This document shows, piece after piece, positions 59,130-64,000 of a stretch of 64,000 bases of DNA. The position numbers were made by a program, and so were the translations under genes. Origin of the DNA: Verrucomicrobiia bacterium (lineage in GTDB: Bacteria; Verrucomicrobiota; Verrucomicrobiia; Limisphaerales; UBA1319); the NCBI GenBank assembly GCA_963664225.1, contig OY760937.1:1856001-1920000 (forward strand). Reading direction: 5' to 3'. The notes beneath the pieces were generated by a model. That model did not search any database and was not told the DNA's origin. It worked only from the letters and a program-made list of their open reading frames with translations. Position 1 is the first letter of the stretch. Each line of letters begins with the position of its first letter.

Positions 59130-59600
59130 AACACGGATGAGAGAAAAAGAATTAACCGCATAGATCTCAAAGAAAAAAACGCATAAAAGGCTGAAAAGAT
59201 TTATAACATGGATGTGCAGGATGGGAGGGGACTGCAAAACGGCGAACCGCTAATGGGCAGGGAATAGGCGCTAATAGGGATGTGACTTAACCGCAGGGTG
59301 AGTCCGGTAGAATTTAACATGGCTGTGCAGGATGTTCAGGATGGGGCAAGGTGTAGAGGCGGAGGCAGGGGCGGAATGGATAATTGATAATGGCCATTTC
59401 AGGAGACGCGCGATTTGCAACGGTTCGGCAATGCGATGGCCGAGTCGGCTGAAGGTAGGGACGCCGGGTCAGGGGACCCGGCCTACAGGATGGTGCGCCC
59501 AATAGTGCGATGAGTTGAATGGATGTAGCAGGGGTGCAGGCCTGTGAATCTGGGCGAGATTGAGGAGGATCAACGAATGCAGACTGGAAATCTGCGATAC
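59130..59600. repeat. Repeat-rich intergenic region: purine-rich mini-repeats plus REP-like palindromes (59461-59487, 59579-59600)
   Basis: TAACATGG[A/C]TGTGCAGGATG twice, TTAACCGCA twice, CGCTAAT twice; GCCGGGTCAGGGGACCCGGCCTAC; GCAGACTGGAAATCTGCGATAC. Confidence 0.7.
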
Positions 59601-59604
59601 TTGG

Positions 59605-59637
59605 AAAAGGGGCGCATTCGTGAAGGAATGCGCCCCT
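59605..59637 (-). terminator. Intrinsic terminator of the secreted-protein gene
   Basis: GGGGCGCATTC-6 nt-GAATGCGCCCC followed by TTTT on the minus strand. Confidence 0.8.
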
Positions 59638-59666
59638 GTGTTGTGGATTAACGGAAGTCGAACCGT

Positions 59667-61619
59667 TTAAGGTAAAGGCTCGACTTTGGTCGCGGTGCCC
59701 GTGTTGGCGGGTTTGGTGGTGTCGGTCGTGTCGGTGGCAGTGACGGTGAAGTTGCCTTCGGATCCGAATGTGACGCTAAAGGTGTGGGATCCGCCCACCA
59801 GGACTGCTTCTCCCGGAAGATAGGCCGTGGCGTCGTCACTGGTAAGGGTCACGGTGTTGTTTGGCGCGAGTTTGATGATGTGCCAGGTGTCATCGACCGC
59901 GTTGACAACGACGTCGAAGGGCACGCCGACGTTCTGCGTTGTCGGGGTGCCGATCTTGCCTGTGGCCGTTCCGGGCGCGTTGGTTTCGCCGGGCATCAGG
60001 ACCTGCAGTTTGCTGTAAGCCCGTTTAATCATCCGGTAGTAGCCCTGGCTTGCACCTGTCAAGTCGCCACGGCTTATCAACAGCTTCTTGCCGTTAAATC
60101 CAACAAATGGAGCGGCTCCGCTTTCGTTCCAGCCGTTCGTAGCGATGATTGAGTTCGTTTGCAATGCGAAGCCGGCGTCGGGAAGCGTCCATCCGATCCA
60201 CCAGAGGCTGTCAGTGGATATTAGTTGAATACTACCAGAGGTGGCGGCTGCCATCTCCCAGAGGTTGGTGTTGAAGGTTGAATCCGCCATGAAGTTATCG
60301 TCGATATTCGAGGTGAAACCCTGGAGTTTGACGTCGGAGATGATGGCGCTGAGTCCGCGATTGGTCATTTCCTGCGGTTTGGCTCCCAGGTAATAGTATA
60401 AGGGGAGAGCGGCTTTGGCGGCGTCCACATAACCGGCGAGTTTATCGGCGGAGAATTCGAAGTTAGTAGTGGAACCGCCCGGGCTGGTCATGGTGACATT
60501 GGTGTCATTGACGAAGCTGAGCGTCCAGGTGCCGATGGGGCCATTGGTTTCGGTCAGGATGGCGAGCGGAGAGGAGTAGTAGGTAGCGTTGCCGTCTGGA
60601 ATGGAATTGGTCTTCCAGCGGAATGTATATAGGGCGGAACCGTCGGCCTTGTTCTGCAATTCCATGAAAATGCAGTTGGTTTGGTCCCAGTCAGGGGAGC
60701 TGCCTGTGCCAATGGTTCCGAGGCCCACGGCGGGATCGTAGGGCACCGGAATTAAATAGCTATGGATTTCGAAGTTGGGATTGTTTGTGCCGGGATAGGA
60801 TTTGACCGTGAACGAATAAGTGACCGGCGTGCTGCCTTTGCCCACCCAGGAGTATTCGGGATTGACGGTTCTGAAGTTCTGGCGGTCATACTGGCCGGTG
60901 CCTTCGGCAGTCAAATTGAGACCTTTGGCAGGTTTGGTCAGGCTCAAGGTGGGCGGGGCCGGTGGCGGCTCATTGGTGGAGGGTTCCAGGTAGATGTTAT
61001 CGACGTTGAACATCACGGTATTCGTATAGGCGCCACCCGACCACATGTAGATGTAGTAACCGACGACGAGGTCCAGTCCCACTGCGGATTGATCGATGGG
61101 GAATGACAGATGTGTCCAGTTCGTGCTCGAAGCCGGTATATTGTAGTCGGCGAGTTTGATCTGTTTCCAATCGATTCCAGTCTTATATACCAGGCCGATC
61201 TGGAGCCCTCCAAAGTTGTCATTCTTTGTGGGGGATGTGGTGGGATCGAGCTTGAAGTCCAGCGTCATGTTCTTGTAGTTGCCAACGCAGTTAATGATTG
61301 TGGCCGCATCCCAGCCCCCACCGTCGTGGAGGGTGCCGAAGGTCATGAACTGGTCCTGAGAATCGCCCGTGAACGGGAACGCGTATCTGAGGGAGCCGGA
61401 ATTGGGATCGCCCAGCGCGTCCAGACTTGGATCCTGGGTGAGCATTGTTCCATCGTCCTGCATGCCCCATCCATTCCAGGTGATCCATGATCCCTTGCCG
61501 TAATCAAAGGTCTTGGGGTTTGCCCAGGTCTGAGCCAGTGCGGTACCCGCGGAAGCAGCCAGGGCGAGGCCCATGACGACTGACGGGAGCCATCTTGATA
61601 GTTTTGATTTTTGTTTCAT
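59667..61619 (-). CDS. Secreted beta-rich hypothetical protein with internal 'YYR' domain and terminal Ig-like domain
   Basis: Signal peptide ending ALA-Q; CBM-like N-domain ending VDNIYL; start ATG 61619. Confidence 0.8.
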   Translation of the reverse strand: MKQKSKLSRWLPSVVMGLALAASAGTALAQTWANPKTFDYGKGSWITWNGWGMQDDGTMLTQDPSLDALGDPNSGSLRYAFPFTGDSQDQFMTFGTLHDGGGWDAATIINCVGNYKNMTLDFKLDPTTSPTKNDNFGGLQIGLVYKTGIDWKQIKLADYNIPASSTNWTHLSFPIDQSAVGLDLVVGYYIYMWSGGAYTNTVMFNVDNIYLEPSTNEPPPAPPTLSLTKPAKGLNLTAEGTGQYDRQNFRTVNPEYSWVGKGSTPVTYSFTVKSYPGTNNPNFEIHSYLIPVPYDPAVGLGTIGTGSSPDWDQTNCIFMELQNKADGSALYTFRWKTNSIPDGNATYYSSPLAILTETNGPIGTWTLSFVNDTNVTMTSPGGSTTNFEFSADKLAGYVDAAKAALPLYYYLGAKPQEMTNRGLSAIISDVKLQGFTSNIDDNFMADSTFNTNLWEMAAATSGSIQLISTDSLWWIGWTLPDAGFALQTNSIIATNGWNESGAAPFVGFNGKKLLISRGDLTGASQGYYRMIKRAYSKLQVLMPGETNAPGTATGKIGTPTTQNVGVPFDVVVNAVDDTWHIIKLAPNNTVTLTSDDATAYLPGEAVLVGGSHTFSVTFGSEGNFTVTATDTTDTTKPANTGTATKVEPLP

Positions 61620-61885
61620 TGTTTTTAAGGATTTGGAGTTTACTTGGGATGAAGCTCGAAATGGGCGGCAGATGGATGCATTAACGCCGGGCGGGCATTG
61701 AGTTCGGACGAGCGAACAGGCGATGAGAACAAATGACACGGATTCCCCGGGCACGATTGTCTCATGCGCATCTGTGGAGTCATGACGGAAAGCTATTCAT
61801 TTGGCAAATGGCGTCAAACGAAAAATCGGAATGGGGGCGCGAGAAAATATTCGCCTGGAATCTGGAAAATGCCAAAAAAGGTTCC

Positions 61886-62100
61886 AACCGTCGCTACGCG
61901 ACGGGCGTCGGGCAAAGGAATGGTGATGGGTTGGTGTTGAACCGTGGGTTGAAACCCACGACTACCGTCAATGGTCGCTACGCGACACGGGGGAAGGCAA
62001 GCGCCAGCGGTCGTTACGGGATCTGGATCGCGACGTTTATGTTTTGAGGGGGTGCGGGTGCGGATTGGAAATCCGCGATACGACTGGAAGTCTGCGCTAC
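61886..62100. repeat. REP-like palindrome cluster
   Basis: GTCGCTACGCGAC twice flanking CGTGGGTTGAAACCCACG; GCGGATTGGAAATCCGCGATAC then GACTGGAAGTCTGCGCTAC, the same family as 59579-59600. Confidence 0.75.
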
Positions 62101-62116
62101 GGGTTGTCATTGGGGA

Positions 62117-62878
62117 TCATTTCAAGCGGTCGCTCCCAGGGTTCTGCTGGGAGGTTTGCGCCAACTGTTTTTGAAGCTGATCCAGGCGGGCGAGGATTTC
62201 CTTGTTATCGGCGGCTTTCTGATCCCCGGCCCCCATGAAGAACGAGGCGACGAGGCCGCTCAGGCCGCCGAAAAGGGCCATGCCCGAGATCATGAGGCAC
62301 ATGCTCAGAATGTGGCCCTCGGTGGTGACGGGGTATTTGTCCGATCCGCCTGCGGTCGTAACGGTGGCGATGCTCCACCAGACGGCGTCCTCGGCGGTTT
62401 TGATGTTGGACTCGGGGGCGCGTTCGCAAACGAGGACCGAGATGGAGGAGAATATGACGAGGAGAAACATGGTGAGGACCATGGAGACGGCGCCGCCCTG
62501 AATTTTGTCCTTGAAGACAATCATCATGACTTTGTGGACGGAGCGAATGCCGCGGAACAGGCGGATGATGCGCAGGACGCGGATCATGCGGCCCCAACGG
62601 AGGACGTTGATGCTGGGAATGCTGGCCAGGAGATCAATCCAGCCCCATTTCATGAAGGCCCATTTGGAGGGGGCGCGATGGAGCCGCCAGCAAAAGTCGG
62701 CCAGAAAAACAAAGCAGACGACGGTGTCCATGACCTCAATGATGGAGGAGACTTCGGCGGGTAGAGACCACAAGGTATCGACCGCCAGGGCGGCCAGGAC
62801 GACCAGGCTCAGGACCAAAATGACGATCTGAAAGATTCCAATCCGGGAATCGTCAGAACTGCGAACATCGCGACTCAT
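62117..62878 (-). CDS. 6-TM voltage-gated K+ channel-like ion transporter with non-canonical filter
   Basis: WGWIDLLASIP, Arg-rich S4 (RWGRMIRVLRIIRLFR), pore helix AVWWSIATVTT then AGGSDKYP. Confidence 0.85.
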   Translation of the reverse strand: MSRDVRSSDDSRIGIFQIVILVLSLVVLAALAVDTLWSLPAEVSSIIEVMDTVVCFVFLADFCWRLHRAPSKWAFMKWGWIDLLASIPSINVLRWGRMIRVLRIIRLFRGIRSVHKVMMIVFKDKIQGGAVSMVLTMFLLVIFSSISVLVCERAPESNIKTAEDAVWWSIATVTTAGGSDKYPVTTEGHILSMCLMISGMALFGGLSGLVASFFMGAGDQKAADNKEILARLDQLQKQLAQTSQQNPGSDRLK

Positions 62879-63066
62879 GCCGATCTTCCTAATCCCGGGA
62901 CATGCGGGGCACAAGGCTTTTCGAACCTCTCTAATACCACAATTAATTGAAATTAACCGTCCGCACGAGGTGTGAGAATCCGAAGGCGCGTTTATTCCTC
63001 AGATCGACCAGATCAACGCACCATGCTGTTTTGGTTTGTCAGATCCCGGACAGAGTGTTATAAGCA

Positions 63067-63080
63067 TGTTCGAATGAACA
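63067..63080. promoter_or_regulatory. Perfect match to the Verrucomicrobia LexA box TGTTC-N4-GAACA
   Basis: TGTTCGAATGAACA in the divergent region, overlapping the ATG at 63074. Confidence 0.4.
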
Positions 63081-64000
63081 CCGTGGCCTATCTTCAGGGG
63101 GAAGTTGCATTTAATTTTCGTTTTGCGAATCGCCGACTTGAGTGGTCGCGCACGTTTGCCTTACTCGCAGCGGTCTTTCTACTGGGGTTCAGTTCCGCCC
63201 CGGCACAGGCCCGGGTGATTTACGTCAATGGCGCGCTTCAGACTGATCCCGTTCCCACGGGCCAGACATGGGCCACGGCATGGAACACCATCGGAGACGC
63301 TGTGAACGAAGCGAGCGAGGGGGACGAAATCTGGGTGGCCCAAGGCACCTACAAGGAATTCGTGGTCATCACAAACGCCGTCGCGCTGTATGGCGGTTTT
63401 GTGGGAACGGAGACCAATCGTGACCAGCGCAACTTCACGGCAAATACCACGACCATTTATGGGGAAGGGGGTGGGGCAGTTATTCGGCAAGATGTTGTGA
63501 CTATTGCGGGCTTCACCAACGACATGGCCCGCCTGGACGGTTTTACCGTCAATAAGGACTCGAAGGTTTTCGGCAGCGCCATTTGCAGTAGCAATGCCTC
63601 ACCGGTCATCGCCAACAACCAAGTCTGCGGATTGACGAATTTTATTTACGGCGTGATTCAATGCAGAGGCGGTGCTCCTCTGATTGTAAGTAATTATGTT
63701 GCATACAATGAAACAGCCTCAGTTTTGATTGCGGGCATTAATTACACAAGCTCAGGTGGAATTTATTCCCATGACAGTGATGCTCATATTCTTGCAAACC
63801 AGATATTGTGGAACAAAGCGACTTTGTGCTCGGGAATTTATATAGACTACGGATCGTCTCTGATTGAATTTAACGATATCGTGGGTAATTCAGCCGACAT
63901 TGGTTCAGGAGGTGTTGATTGTTGGCTTTCCTGCGTGCGACTTTTCAGTAATAAAATTGTGGGAAACATGGTCACCGCGGCTAATGGCGTTTCCTTTGGC
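63074..64000 (+). CDS. Secreted right-handed beta-helix (DUF1565/pectin-lyase-fold) protein, partial
   Basis: Not in the ORF track. Manual translation of the 5' part gives signal peptide AQA-RVIYVN, GQTWATAW.TI..A, GDEIWVAQGTY, LYGGF.G.E; appears open to the window end. Confidence 0.8.
   Translation, partial: MNTVAYLQGEVAFNFRFANRRLEWSRTFALLAAVFLLGFSSAPAQARVIYVNGALQTDPVPTGQTWATAWNTIGDAVNEASEGDEIWVAQGTYKEFVVITNAVALYGGFVGTETNRDQRNFTANTTTIYGEGGGAVIRQDVVTIAGFTNDMARLDGFTVNKDSKVFGSAICSSNASPVIANNQVCGLTNFIYGVIQCRGGAPLIVSNYVAYNETASVLIAGINYTSSGGIYSHDSDAHILANQILWNKATLCSGIYIDYGSSLIEFNDIVGNSADIGSGGVDCWLSCVRLFSNKIVGNMVTAANGVSFG

Noticed and set aside
59112..59600. Possible CRISPR array
   Set aside because: Only two copies of any unit, irregular spacing, and no cas genes.
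61620..61860. Riboswitch in the long leader of the secreted-protein gene
   Set aside because: No c-di-GMP, cobalamin, TPP or SAM consensus recognisable by eye.

Overview
This is a GC-rich bacterial chromosomal window. Gene content (H-X9-DG prepilin-like proteins, a short TPR protein, a C-terminal 'FYR' domain, REP-like palindromes) points to Verrucomicrobiota, probably subdivision 3; this is an inference. The window opens with the left part of an IS66 element inserted into an MFS gene. Next come large exported proteins (SBBP propeller, AsmA), hldD, and a lower-GC two-gene module (NlpC/P60-FG-GAP protein plus a propeller protein). These are followed by a PQQ-propeller, a GH-A hydrolase, a CDGSH protein, two toxin-less antitoxin genes and hcp with an Fnr-type box. 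The middle holds an LpoB/YcfL lipoprotein operon, a His-less hybrid pseudokinase, LemA, Gfo/Idh/MocA, SRAP, prepilin-like genes, a double esterase, a CAP protein, a kinase/REC-pseudo-Hpt pair and a truncated YchF-like protein. The right part holds an EPS export cluster (FHA, OPX, Wzc, beta-barrel, GT-C, sigma54 two-component system, CorA), hisF-DMT-hisI-trpE, a secreted protein, a channel with an aberrant filter and a partial beta-helix protein. I saw no rRNA, tRNA or CRISPR array. The most intriguing signal is a directional Thr-Asn (TN) enrichment in native exported proteins, nearly absent from the low-GC segment. It suggests an uncharacterised protein-glycosylation sequon, with the GT-C enzyme in the window as one candidate. 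All counts and motif calls were made by eye.
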